Notes: a model not told the origin generated them from the sequence alone. A stretch of DNA of 64,000 nucleotides from Candidatus Woesebacteria bacterium UBA1430 (GCA_002329465.1 DCTW01000004.1:2933-66932), one strand, 5' to 3'. Positions 16,610-26,225 are shown, counted from the first letter of the stretch. Made by a program: numbers and translations.

Positions 16610-17644
16610 TTAGTCTCGGCGAATACATCGAGCATACCTGGAGGCCGAATCCTTAGTGCTGATGATCGTGTAGCCGTAGATCAGGTCCACGCTCCAGGCA
16701 TAGCTCTGGCTAAAAAAGTACTCCGTACTGGACCAATGGCTGGCAGCAACATTGGGTAAATTGTTAGCCGCACCATTAATATACGCCTGCATCAGCTCTT
16801 TTTGGGTAGGCAGCCTCCAGTCTGTTTTGACACCACTGCCGTCGTCAAGAGAAAGGTTTAAGCAAAACTCAGCGGCCGAAACATCATCATCCTCCACATA
16901 GGCATTAAGTGGATCCTGATTATCACAGTACTGGTTTGCAGTTCCCAGCGAGTTAAAATTACACGACTCGACCCCCACACCCGGATCTACGCGATCAGCA
17001 CCGTTTACATATTTAAATTCGTTATCTACTTGCTCATTAGTTCTATCAGTCCAATAAAGCTTTGTCCAATTGTCTTGGTAAACCTTATTTGAAAGCAAAG
17101 ATACAGTAACCTCGGGAACACCCCCAGTCACACTGGCTGGAGTGCCCCCCGGGTCTGACACCAGAGTCCAAACCCCCTCCTCATCAATATACTCATAGTC
17201 ACCGCTGTCAATAGCACATGTTCCCTCTGCTTCCTGATTATTATTCGAACACCTATAATCATCATAAGCAATATTTGCCTGAAGCTCAAACATCGTACCC
17301 GTCTTAATAGTTCTATCCCCATTCCCCGCATAAAAAGTAAACCCGCTGGGAACATCACCGGCTGTCGCCGAGCCGTCCGGCTCCCAGGCAGCCGCCTCCA
17401 TTATTCTATTCCAATATGTTCCCCAATTATTAGTCGTACTATCCCAATCCGCTGCATCAGTCACACCATAGTTATCTCCCTTACCGACCAAAAAATCGTA
17501 AGCCTGTTTCAATCTGGAATCGGCTCCCGAAAAAACACCGCCATCCGGCCTTTCCTCGTCAGCAAAGACGCTCCAACGAGCCTGATAAAGCCCGAATATA
17601 CCCAAACTTAAACAAGCCAACAAAAAAAGAAATCTTCTTATCAT
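16610..17644 (-). CDS. DGR target: secreted/anchored protein with DUF1566-like (CLec-fold) C-terminal variable domain
   Basis: N-terminal signal/TM; AAEFCLNL...DWRLPTQKEL, HWSSTE...AW.V, RCIR motifs; VR at the C-terminus. Confidence 0.9.
   Translation of the reverse strand: MIRRFLFLLACLSLGIFGLYQARWSVFADEERPDGGVFSGADSRLKQAYDFLVGKGDNYGVTDAADWDSTTNNWGTYWNRIMEAAAWEPDGSATAGDVPSGFTFYAGNGDRTIKTGTMFELQANIAYDDYRCSNNNQEAEGTCAIDSGDYEYIDEEGVWTLVSDPGGTPASVTGGVPEVTVSLLSNKVYQDNWTKLYWTDRTNEQVDNEFKYVNGADRVDPGVGVESCNFNSLGTANQYCDNQDPLNAYVEDDDVSAAEFCLNLSLDDGSGVKTDWRLPTQKELMQAYINGAANNLPNVAASHWSSTEYFFSQSYAWSVDLIYGYTIISTKDSASRYARCIRRD
16612..16750 (-). repeat. DGR variable repeat (VR)
   Basis: Encodes VAASHWSSTEYFFSQSYAWSVDLIYGYTIISTKDSASRYARCIRRD versus TR DAANHWSSTENYNSQSNAWNVNLNNGNTNNNTKDSASRYARCIRRD. 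Confidence 0.95.
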
Positions 17645-17676
17645 AGCTTCACTTTACAAAATCCCAATAGCAAAAG

Positions 17677-18561
17677 TCAACTTTGCTTCCTGAAACCCTT
17701 CCTTTTTCTAACAAGAAGAATAACTACCAAGATAGGAAGCCAAATAACGCCATAAACCCCAATCCAAATAAGTCCCTTACCGACTCCGATCAAACTTTTA
17801 ACTAGACTTCTCACCGCAAGCTTAAAGACAACGTTCGGCCTAAATTTATCGTCAGGTGTATATGGAAGCGAAAGCTCATCGGTTGATAAGTACAAAGTAA
17901 TCTTGGTTAACTCCACATTCTTTTCAATCGCCTCTTTCTGGCCGATCAACGCATCAATCTGATACTGCAAATTAGTAAGCTCCCTCGTTACCTGCAAAAT
18001 ATCATCTACTTCGCTTGCCTGATCCTGTATCTCTTCAAACTTAGCTTTCGTCTTTTCAAGCGTTTCCAATCTCTCTTCAATATTTACATACTCCTCAGTA
18101 ACATCCTCACCCATAAGCATTTCGTTAGTAACCTTTATCGAAAGGGATCGGAAATAAGCCATAGCCTCATCAAATCTCGATTTCGGCACCCGCACAGTAA
18201 TGGTCGCAAAAGCCGATTCATCCGGCCTGCTATAGCTCGAGCTTACCATAAAGCCGCCGATATTTTTTGCATAAGAAACCGCCTTGTCTCCAGCCTCACG
18301 CACATTACTTACAAGAAGAGACATACTAGAATTCTGAATAACCATTCCGCTCTCGGCGCTTGGCATTTTAATAAAATTATCAGAGGTAGAAGCAGTATCT
18401 CTCAAAGCTACTCCTCCCGATTCAGGCAAATAGCTACCGGCAAGTCCAAAGCTCTGCTTATTATACAAAAAGGGTCTAACCGATTTTGAGTACAAAAAAT
18501 ATGAAACAATAAGAAGAATTAAAAAACTCAAAACTTTATTTCTTTTGATCCAGTCAACCAT
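17677..18561 (-). CDS. DUF4349-like membrane protein
   Basis: ATITVRVP, EDVTEEY, coiled coil, N- and C-terminal TM. Confidence 0.8.
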   Translation of the reverse strand: MVDWIKRNKVLSFLILLIVSYFLYSKSVRPFLYNKQSFGLAGSYLPESGGVALRDTASTSDNFIKMPSAESGMVIQNSSMSLLVSNVREAGDKAVSYAKNIGGFMVSSSYSRPDESAFATITVRVPKSRFDEAMAYFRSLSIKVTNEMLMGEDVTEEYVNIEERLETLEKTKAKFEEIQDQASEVDDILQVTRELTNLQYQIDALIGQKEAIEKNVELTKITLYLSTDELSLPYTPDDKFRPNVVFKLAVRSLVKSLIGVGKGLIWIGVYGVIWLPILVVILLVRKRKGFRKQS

Positions 18562-18569
18562 CTCTCAAA

Positions 18570-19460
18570 TTATACTTTCTTATTATATACTCTCTTAAAC
18601 TTTTCAGCCACTTCTCCCCACGTAACCAAAAGGGGAACAGCCACAAAAGGAGAAGAATATGTTCCAAGAACAGTACCCACAAGAAGCGCCAGCGCAAACC
18701 AGCGAGTAGAAGTGCCGCCCAAAATAACAAGCGCCAAAAGCATAAGGATTATTGTAACAGAATTATTTATCGATCTTCTCATTGTTTCTGATATTGCCCT
18801 GTTTGCAATATCATCAAACTCACCACCCCTTTTTCTTCTGATCTCGCGTATCCTATCATAAACTACGATAGTATCATGCACCGAAAAAGAAAGAGTGGTC
18901 AAAAGTGCCGTAACAAACAAGAAATCAACCTCCATCCCAAAAAAATAGCCTAAAATCGAGCTACTGCCAACCAAAATAAAACTGTCATGAAACATCGCAA
19001 GTATAGCCGAAACGCCGAATCTCAAACTCCTAAACTGCAATGCAACCCAAATAAGTATCCCTCCGGCTGAAATAATTACGGCATAAACGGTCTTTTTTAT
19101 TAACTCTGGACCGATAGAAGGCCCCACGCTCTCGTAGCGAACTTCTGCTACTTCACCACCGTCCAATTCACCTAGAACCCCCTTAATCCTCTCACGCGAC
19201 TCCACATCTACTTCAGCAAGGCGAATCAAAATATTCCCGTCCCCAATGATCTGAACACTAGCTACATCAAACCCTTCTTCGTTTAGTGAACTTGAAACAT
19301 CCTCTGTTGACACATCCTCGGAAAATGAGTACTCGATCATAGCCCCGCCCAAAAAGTCAACGCCTAAATTGATACTCCACCTGATAATCCCATAAAAAGA
19401 CAGTGCAATCATGAAAACACTAAGAACTAAATAAAAAGGTCTGTATTTCATCCAATTCAT
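18570..19460 (-). CDS. secF: Protein translocase subunit SecF
   Basis: LGVDFLGG, VGPSIG, DTIVVYDRIRE. Confidence 0.95.
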   Translation of the reverse strand: MNWMKYRPFYLVLSVFMIALSFYGIIRWSINLGVDFLGGAMIEYSFSEDVSTEDVSSSLNEEGFDVASVQIIGDGNILIRLAEVDVESRERIKGVLGELDGGEVAEVRYESVGPSIGPELIKKTVYAVIISAGGILIWVALQFRSLRFGVSAILAMFHDSFILVGSSSILGYFFGMEVDFLFVTALLTTLSFSVHDTIVVYDRIREIRRKRGGEFDDIANRAISETMRRSINNSVTIILMLLALVILGGTSTRWFALALLVGTVLGTYSSPFVAVPLLVTWGEVAEKFKRVYNKKV

Positions 19461-20779
19461 TTGTTGTCACTCCCTTCTCTAATAAAATAACGAAGTAAAT
19501 TTCTGGACACAAAAATGCCGGTAAAAAGGCTTATCCCAATACCCAAAGCAAGGGTGATTGCAAAACCCCGCACAGGCCCTGACGTATGAAGAAAATTCCA
19601 ATTCAATGGATTTGCCAAAACAAAAGCAGTCAAAAGAGTAGCAATATTAGCATCCTTTATCGAATCCCAAGCGCGGTCAAACGAAGTCTCAAGCGCGTAA
19701 ATTATGTTTACCCCTCCTCTTCGCTCCTCACGAAATCTCTCAAAAATTAAAATATTTGAATCCACAGCCATACCTACAGACAACAAAAACCCAGCAATCC
19801 CAGGTAGCGTCAAAACAACCGGTATAAGCTTATAAAGAGAAAGCGTAATCAATCCAAATATTATTAAACCTATATCGGCAACTAATCCAAGCTTGCCGTA
19901 AAAAACCGCCATAAATACCAAAACAAATAAAAGCCCGACAACCCCTGCTCTAACGCTTTTTTCAACAGATTCTCTTCCCAAAGTAGCACCAACAGTCCTT
20001 TCGGAAATCAACTCAACGCTGGCAGGTAAAGCTCCTGCATTTAGCTGAATACTAAGATCTTTTGCTTCATCAAGAGTAAAATCTCCTGAAATCTGCGCAG
20101 TCCCTCCGTCAATCTTGTCTTGGACAACAGGCGCAGATATCACCTGTCCATCTAAAATAATAGGAAGCGGTTTATTAATATTTTTTTCAGTCAATTTCGA
20201 AAACTTTTCTTTCCCCTCATCGTTAAATCTAACTACTACCATGGGCTTTCCGCTTACCTGGTCAAAACCCACCTCAGAATCAATCAAATCTGCACCCGTT
20301 AAGTCGGTAATTGCCAAACTTGCTTCCTCTCCCTCCTCTGCGGGTTCAACAACCTCTGCAAAAGTCAGCTGAGCGGTTTTTCCGATTAATTCTATCGCTT
20401 CCTTAGTGTCTCGTACTCCCGGCAATTCAACAATTATTCTATCTCTTCCCTCAAACGAAGAAAGCTGAATATTAGGCTCGGCAATACCAAACAAGTTTAC
20501 CCTCTTTTCCATAACGTCTTTCAACGAGCTTAAAGCATCTGCGCGCTTCTCAAGGGAAATGTCCGAAGTATTCACCTCAAACACAAGATAGCTGCCGCCG
20601 ATCAAATCAAGCCCAAGCTTAAGATCATTAGCCAGAAATCTTTTTTTCAATACGGTATCTACTATACTTTTATCTTTATAATTAATTTTTACTGGAATTA
20701 TATTTGGAAGACTAATATAAAGCGATACTAATGTAATTATTAAAATTACGACAATACGTCTTCCGGTTTTTCTATACAT
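19457..20779 (-). CDS. secD: Protein translocase subunit SecD
   Basis: LGLDLIGG, IIVELPG, LNAGALP, GMAVDSNILIFER. Confidence 0.96.
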   Translation of the reverse strand: MYRKTGRRIVVILIITLVSLYISLPNIIPVKINYKDKSIVDTVLKKRFLANDLKLGLDLIGGSYLVFEVNTSDISLEKRADALSSLKDVMEKRVNLFGIAEPNIQLSSFEGRDRIIVELPGVRDTKEAIELIGKTAQLTFAEVVEPAEEGEEASLAITDLTGADLIDSEVGFDQVSGKPMVVVRFNDEGKEKFSKLTEKNINKPLPIILDGQVISAPVVQDKIDGGTAQISGDFTLDEAKDLSIQLNAGALPASVELISERTVGATLGRESVEKSVRAGVVGLLFVLVFMAVFYGKLGLVADIGLIIFGLITLSLYKLIPVVLTLPGIAGFLLSVGMAVDSNILIFERFREERRGGVNIIYALETSFDRAWDSIKDANIATLLTAFVLANPLNWNFLHTSGPVRGFAITLALGIGISLFTGIFVSRNLLRYFIREGSDNK

Positions 20780-20782
20780 TTC

Positions 20783-21367
20783 TTAACTTACTAAAAGCTC
20801 TTCATCCCCAATCACCATCACACGGCTGCCGGAAAGAACGCTTAATATAAACGGATCACGCCTTTTTTTACGAAATTCAAATTCCTCCCTGCTCATCACC
20901 GTATAATTAATTTCAACAGATCTTTTTGATTCTTCTACCCTTATTAAAGTAGCAAGCTCTGGAAGCACAATATCTCCAACCACCAAAACATCCACCTCAT
21001 CATCTCTTTTTCTTTCTTTATATCGTGCGAATCGCCCCGAAAACATAACAAACAAAGGCCTACCAATTTTTTTTCTGTTTTGAATTATCTGCGATCCAAG
21101 ACCAGTTGTTTTTGATATCATGGAAATCAAATCTCCATACATCAAATAATCATTTCTCAACCAATAGTAAACCCTGTTTCCCCTCGACTCTTTCCTAATC
21201 ATCCCTGCCGACTCAAGCCTGGCAAGCTCACGCCTTACCGCATTTATCTCCTCTTTAATCTCGCGTACAATACCTCTTACATGATACATTTCGGATGGAT
21301 TAGAAAATAGAAGCTCAAGTATCTTAACCCGCACTTTTGAAGTTATAAAATCTCCTAATCCCGACAT
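20783..21367 (-). CDS. Winged-helix (ArsR-like) regulator fused to a degenerate nucleotidyltransferase-like domain
   Basis: VRRELARLESAG wHTH; FSGRFA...DEVDVLVVG MNT-like. Confidence 0.7.
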   Translation of the reverse strand: MSGLGDFITSKVRVKILELLFSNPSEMYHVRGIVREIKEEINAVRRELARLESAGMIRKESRGNRVYYWLRNDYLMYGDLISMISKTTGLGSQIIQNRKKIGRPLFVMFSGRFARYKERKRDDEVDVLVVGDIVLPELATLIRVEESKRSVEINYTVMSREEFEFRKKRRDPFILSVLSGSRVMVIGDEELLVS

Positions 21368-21406
21368 ATTTAAGGGGAGTTTATACTAAATTAATACAAA
21401 TGTAAA

Positions 21407-22630
21407 CTAATTGTACTCGATATCATTTCCTCGAGGTACGGCTTCAATCCAAATTTTGCCTCTTACAAAACTAATTTCATCTCCGTTCTCATCATAAAAA
21501 ATAGTTCTTCCCGACGCCGAGTCTTTTTCCCAAGTCCCCTCAATTACATCTCCATTTTTAAAAATCAAAGCGTCTCCTTCATCAACGGTTTCGTAATACA
21601 TATGAAGCTCGCGATCAACCGGTCCTTTTTCAAAAACAAATTGGATAACTACATTCTTGGCATTAAGCTGAGGTTTATCAAACTCCCAATCGGTATGCGC
21701 CTCACCCCCGTTAAATCTTTTATAACTGTTAGAGGATGAGTCGTACTCCCAGCGGACGTTGTAATCCGGCTTGTTACTCCAAAACTCAAACTCTATTTCC
21801 GAGGCATTCACACCGGAAACAGGCGAGTCGTCCTCAAACTTCCACTGGACAAAACTAGAGTGCCAAGGCTCCCCATCTTGTTCATATCCAAAACCTCGTT
21901 CAATACCAAGATCAAACAAAAGATCGCTCGATCCAATAGCAGAGTGCTCCCATGCAGACACACCCCCAAGACGAGTTTGGTCTCTCTTTATAGCAGGATA
22001 GCTTACATTAGCACCACCATCCAGTGCATTGCCCCGCGAATGCCTCCACCCCATTTTTATCAAAGTCTCAAGCGCCATAACTTCAGGTGCCACCGTACCT
22101 CTTGGTTTTACCCCACCGGGGCAATCTCCACAAATATTATTAGCACCGCCAAAATGCACAAAAAGTGGGCTTTCTCCATATTCCGAAGCCCAATTAATAA
22201 GATAAGTCCTTGCGCTTCTAATCGGGCCAATAGTTATATCAGACGCAGAAGCCCCGCAATAAAAAATTCCCAAAAAACGGGTTATGCCACCTTCGGCAAC
22301 CACTTCGTAAACCACATCTGCGCGAGACAAACCGGACTGCGGCCGCGAATCCAAATGATTTTCAACTACAACAGCCATCGGTCTTCTCGTTTCCCAAATA
22401 TCCCGCTCGGCCTTACTAAACATCTCACCGTTTATAGGACACACTTCGGTTTTTGGAGCTTCAGATATTTTCGAACGATCTTTGGCAAGCCCGCTCAGGC
22501 TATCTCCACCGCCACTCGAATCCTTCGCCAAAAAACTAAAGGCGGCCCAAGAAAACCCTGTCGAAAGCATAAAAAGACCAAGCATACCAACCGTGGCTAA
22601 AAATTTTTTTGACTCAATAATATTCTTCAT
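21407..22630 (-). CDS. DUF3048-family protein
   Basis: RPMAVVVEN, PQSGLSRADVVYE, EGGITRF, GPIRSAR; start reassigned to MKNIIE. Confidence 0.85.
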   Translation of the reverse strand: MKNIIESKKFLATVGMLGLFMLSTGFSWAAFSFLAKDSSGGGDSLSGLAKDRSKISEAPKTEVCPINGEMFSKAERDIWETRRPMAVVVENHLDSRPQSGLSRADVVYEVVAEGGITRFLGIFYCGASASDITIGPIRSARTYLINWASEYGESPLFVHFGGANNICGDCPGGVKPRGTVAPEVMALETLIKMGWRHSRGNALDGGANVSYPAIKRDQTRLGGVSAWEHSAIGSSDLLFDLGIERGFGYEQDGEPWHSSFVQWKFEDDSPVSGVNASEIEFEFWSNKPDYNVRWEYDSSSNSYKRFNGGEAHTDWEFDKPQLNAKNVVIQFVFEKGPVDRELHMYYETVDEGDALIFKNGDVIEGTWEKDSASGRTIFYDENGDEISFVRGKIWIEAVPRGNDIEYN

Positions 22631-22634
22631 ATTT

Positions 22635-23102
22635 TTAAGATTTTTTTGCCAAATCAAGCGCCTTTTTTTCTTCCTTCGAAAAATCGTATTCGCTCTTTCC
22701 TGCGCTTATAGGCTTAGCGTAAACACGCGTTCTGTCCCGGGTATGTAAACAGCTTATCATAAATCCATTTTCTTTGTTATCCAATAAACACAAAGAAAAA
22801 CTCTGATCTCCACCCGTTTCGTTAAAAGGGTTAAATCTGACAAGCCCGAGTTTTTGTATATGCTTTAAAGAATCTTTTTCAATCGTTGCTATCGCAGTCT
22901 TAACTTCATCAATCGCCTTTATGTTTGATTTCTCAATATCAACCAAGCCATCAATGACTTTGACAAGATTCCCAGATTTAACACCCCTCCCAAGTTTTTT
23001 ATAATGCACAAAAATCCAGTAAAATACAACAGTCAATCCAAAAAGCCAAAGTATAATACCTATTAATATTACCGGTAAAAGTTCTATTATCTGTTCAACC
23101 AC
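22635..23102 (-). CDS. DUF4446-family membrane protein
   Basis: VRFNPFNETGGDQSFSLCLLD, RVYAKP, SKEEKKAL; probable GTG start at 23102. Confidence 0.8.
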   Translation of the reverse strand: MVEQIIELLPVILIGIILWLFGLTVVFYWIFVHYKKLGRGVKSGNLVKVIDGLVDIEKSNIKAIDEVKTAIATIEKDSLKHIQKLGLVRFNPFNETGGDQSFSLCLLDNKENGFMISCLHTRDRTRVYAKPISAGKSEYDFSKEEKKALDLAKKS

Positions 23103-23109
23103 TTTAATT

Positions 23110-23739
23110 ATGCTATCAAAGTCTAACTTAAAAGAAAATAAAATACAAAGGGTTTTTAGCGTTTTCAAAAAAAATTACCAAGAAGTACCCCTCGAAATAT
23201 TCGGCAATAACCCTTACAAAACTCTTGTATCCACCCTCCTATCCTCACGCACCAATGACGACACCACCCTCGCCGCATCCAAACGTTTATTCTCCAAAGC
23301 CCCCAACCTCCAAAGTTTAGGTAAATTAGAGGAATTAGAAATTAAAAATTTGATATACCCTGTCGGCTTCTACAAAACCAAAGCAAAACATCTAAAAACC
23401 CTTGCAGAGATTATTTTGGATAAATACAAAGGAATCGTTCCCGACCAAAAAGAAAATCTGCTTAAACTTCCCGGAGTAGGAAATAAAACCGCAAACTTAG
23501 TCCTAAACAGAGCTTTTGGCAAACCGGCAATTGCCGTTGATACTCACGTCCACAGAATCAGCAATTTATTAGGTTTAGTTAACACCAAAAACCCGAATCA
23601 GACTGAAAAAGAACTCATAAAAATTATCCCCCAAAAAAAATGGAAAGACTTAAATCGCCTTTTTGTAAGCATCGGGAGGCAATACAAAAGCAAAAAAAAA
23701 CTTCTAGAATTCTTGCAAAAAAACAATCTTACAAACTAA
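23110..23739 (+). CDS. nth: Endonuclease III-like HhH-GPD glycosylase lacking the Fe-S motif
   Basis: LLKLPGVGNKTAN HhH, AVDTHVHRI; no C-terminal cysteines. Confidence 0.88.
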   Translation: MLSKSNLKENKIQRVFSVFKKNYQEVPLEIFGNNPYKTLVSTLLSSRTNDDTTLAASKRLFSKAPNLQSLGKLEELEIKNLIYPVGFYKTKAKHLKTLAEIILDKYKGIVPDQKENLLKLPGVGNKTANLVLNRAFGKPAIAVDTHVHRISNLLGLVNTKNPNQTEKELIKIIPQKKWKDLNRLFVSIGRQYKSKKKLLEFLQKNNLTN

Positions 23740-24344
23740 TAAGCTGTTATAGCAACACCAAACCCGCTCTGTGCGTATATGCACCCCCAAACATACTCAC
23801 CGCCCGTCAAAAGCTTACTGTGCCCCAAAGTATTCTCCCAAGAAGAAACAGCCTCCTCGGCTGTACCGGCGCCCTGTATCAAAAACTCGGTCAAATTATA
23901 TGCCTCAAATATCCATCTTAAATCTTCTCTTCTTTCGGGCATATTACTAAAACCCTCGTGCGCGTCCAAAGATCCTATTTCAAGAAGCTCATTTAGCCTT
24001 ATAGAAGCAATTGTACAAAGCTCCGACCGGCTTGAAAGGGGATTAACTCCAAGTTCAGTTCTCCTTTTATTCACAGCCTCCCAAAGCTCAGGTCCTCCAA
24101 AACTAGGCGTGCTCTTTTTTGGATAAACAGGCCGTTCAATAACAATCGGAGTAGGGGAGGGAATTGTCGAAGAAATTTTCACCCCGGCTTCTTTCTCCTG
24201 CCCCATAAATCCGATTCGCAAAAAAGCATTATTAAAACCATGTAAATAACCGACAAAATATATACTCCCAATAAACACCACAAACAAAACACAAACAGCA
24301 CTCATCAAAAATACTCTCAATACTGTAGATAAAACCGCTCTCAT
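23736..24344 (-). CDS. CAP/SCP-like domain membrane protein
   Basis: VNKRRTELGVNPL, WENTLGH; N-terminal TM. Confidence 0.75.
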   Translation of the reverse strand: MRAVLSTVLRVFLMSAVCVLFVVFIGSIYFVGYLHGFNNAFLRIGFMGQEKEAGVKISSTIPSPTPIVIERPVYPKKSTPSFGGPELWEAVNKRRTELGVNPLSSRSELCTIASIRLNELLEIGSLDAHEGFSNMPERREDLRWIFEAYNLTEFLIQGAGTAEEAVSSWENTLGHSKLLTGGEYVWGCIYAQSGFGVAITAY

Positions 24345-24347
24345 TTA

Positions 24348-24815
24348 TTAATCATCAGTCTGCCTACCGGCAGGCGGGTCATTAGTCATCAATATCGTTA
24401 CCGGACCATCAAGTTCCAAATCAATATCCATATATTCACCAAATTCTCCGGTTTGTGTATAAACTCCGGCTTCAACAAGAAGGCTAATAAAATATTTATA
24501 TAAATCTCGGGCAACATCAGGCTTTGCAGCCTTTATAAAAGAAGGTCTATTGCCACGGCTCATATCTGCATAAAGTGTAAACTGCGATACAACAAGTATA
24601 GACCCCCCGGCCTCCTTAATATCAAGGTTCATTTTATCATTTGAATCAGCCATTACTCGAAGCTTAAGAAGTTTTTTAACAATCTCTTCGGCATTTTTTC
24701 TTGTATCACCCTCTCCTATACCCAAAAGTACAAAAAGCCCTTTATCGATTTCTCCCACAACCCGCTTTTGTGCTTCAACTTTCGCTTTATTCACCCTTTG
24801 CACAACTAAACGCAT
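24348..24815 (-). CDS. dtd: D-aminoacyl-tRNA deacylase
   Basis: MRLVVQRV, VSQFTL, GNRPSF, DGPVT. Confidence 0.96.
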   Translation of the reverse strand: MRLVVQRVNKAKVEAQKRVVGEIDKGLFVLLGIGEGDTRKNAEEIVKKLLKLRVMADSNDKMNLDIKEAGGSILVVSQFTLYADMSRGNRPSFIKAAKPDVARDLYKYFISLLVEAGVYTQTGEFGEYMDIDLELDGPVTILMTNDPPAGRQTDD

Positions 24816-24837
24816 AAGGGTATTTTATATGTTTTTT

Positions 24838-25207
24838 GCCTTGGAGGCTAGTAAGCCAGGTTCTGTTTCTCGGTGATCATCTGTCTCTCCCCGATATCTA
24901 TCGGGGACTCCCGAATCAATACGGGATGCCCTGTCTTCGTCCCGCCTCCTGATAAATCAGGATATGTAGAAGGCGTCTTCCCTGTACAAAACAGGGGCGG
25001 GACATTCGCAGGTTGCAGCGGGGAGGTTTTCCTCTTTTCACCCTCTTCCCGTATACCTTTAAAGTACACCGGTGAGTCGTTGTCTCTGTGGCACTATCTA
25101 GCGCTTACGCGTCCCCTTCATGATTACATGAACGAGGCACCCTGCCTTCTGCTGCCTGGACTTTCCTCTCCGATACAATATCGGAGTAATCACCCTTCCT
25201 CCAAGGC
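24838..25207 (-). ncRNA. rnpB: RNase P RNA
   Basis: Minus-strand GAGGAAAGTCC, AGTGCCACAGA and ACAGAACCTGGCTTA conserved segments; P1 GCCTTGGAGG/CCTCCAAGGC. Confidence 0.93.
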
Positions 25208-25239
25208 GGATATATTATAGCATTTCGAGGCAAAAATAT

Positions 25240-26223
25240 CTAATTCTTATTAAACAAAAACTCATCAAAAAATACATGAAGCGTAATTACTACTGGTACG
25301 GACAAAAGCGCACCCACTACACCGGCAAGCTTAAGGCCGATGACCAACGATAAAAGCGTAATAATAGGATTTACACCAACCGATTTTTCCATTACCTTCG
25401 GCACCAATACATAGTTTTCAAGCTGCTGAATCAACACACTAAGCGATGCGACAGCCAAAGCAGTAACAGGGGACACACCAAACGCTACAATAATCGCCGG
25501 CACCGCAGCTATAACAGGGCCTATATTGGGAACTATCTCAAAAAGACCGGCTAAAAGAGCCAACGGTACTGCAAAAGGAAGACCTATGATTACAAAACCG
25601 ATGTAATGTGCAAGCCCCACAACCACCATAAGCACAATCTGGCCTCTAGCCCAGCCTCCAAGCCTTAATTCAAGCTTGTCAATCACCCTTTCAATTTTTT
25701 TCTCGTTCTTTTCGTTTTTAAAAAAGGCGCTTAATTGTTCATCAAGCCGCTCTCTAAAAATTAAAAAGTATAATGCAAAAATAAACACAGAAAAAATAGC
25801 TAAAACATTCGAAAATATTGCGATACTCATTTTTATAAGCTGAGAGGGGAGTCTTGCAAGCTGGCTTGTTGCCTCATTTGAGATTCCCTGTGCTACAAAT
25901 TCCGGAACTTTAAGCTCCTCCACATACTCCGGGATACTGTTTGCAAAACTACCCGTTTGCTCAATTAAAGGTGGAACAAGAAGCGCAAAAAAACTGATCA
26001 ATAAGCCAAAAACAATCAAATAAACAAAAATCACGGCGACTGTCCTTGGCATTTTTAGATTCCTATGAAGTTTACTAACCGTCGGATTAAGTATCGTCAT
26101 AATAAGCAAGGCCACAAAAATCTGTAAAATAACCTCTTTAATAAGATAAAGAAGCCACAAAAAAGTCAGGAAAAATACTGTAAAAACAATTGTTCTGTGA
26201 GATATTTCAATCTTCCTTGGCAT
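25240..26223 (-). CDS. AI-2E/PerM family transporter
   Basis: Multi-TM; IQQLENYVLVPKVM, GALLSVP. Confidence 0.9.
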   Translation of the reverse strand: MPRKIEISHRTIVFTVFFLTFLWLLYLIKEVILQIFVALLIMTILNPTVSKLHRNLKMPRTVAVIFVYLIVFGLLISFFALLVPPLIEQTGSFANSIPEYVEELKVPEFVAQGISNEATSQLARLPSQLIKMSIAIFSNVLAIFSVFIFALYFLIFRERLDEQLSAFFKNEKNEKKIERVIDKLELRLGGWARGQIVLMVVVGLAHYIGFVIIGLPFAVPLALLAGLFEIVPNIGPVIAAVPAIIVAFGVSPVTALAVASLSVLIQQLENYVLVPKVMEKSVGVNPIITLLSLVIGLKLAGVVGALLSVPVVITLHVFFDEFLFNKN

Positions 26224-26225
26224 AT

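Larger units (their letters stand above)
14702..17644. mobile_element. Complete diversity-generating retroelement: RT-avd (+) facing TR and target gene (-)
   Basis: All four canonical components present; adenine-specific TR/VR mismatches. Confidence 0.96.

Noticed and set aside
10126..17677. Prophage or integrative element carrying the DGR
   Set aside because: No integrase, transposase, phage structural genes or att-like direct repeats seen.
21860..22600. 246-aa plus-strand ORF
   Set aside because: Antisense shadow of the DUF3048 gene with no recognisable motif.
24848..25220. Two ORFs (73 aa and 115 aa) in the dtd to AI-2E interval
   Set aside because: They overlap RNase P RNA, whose conserved motifs explain the region.
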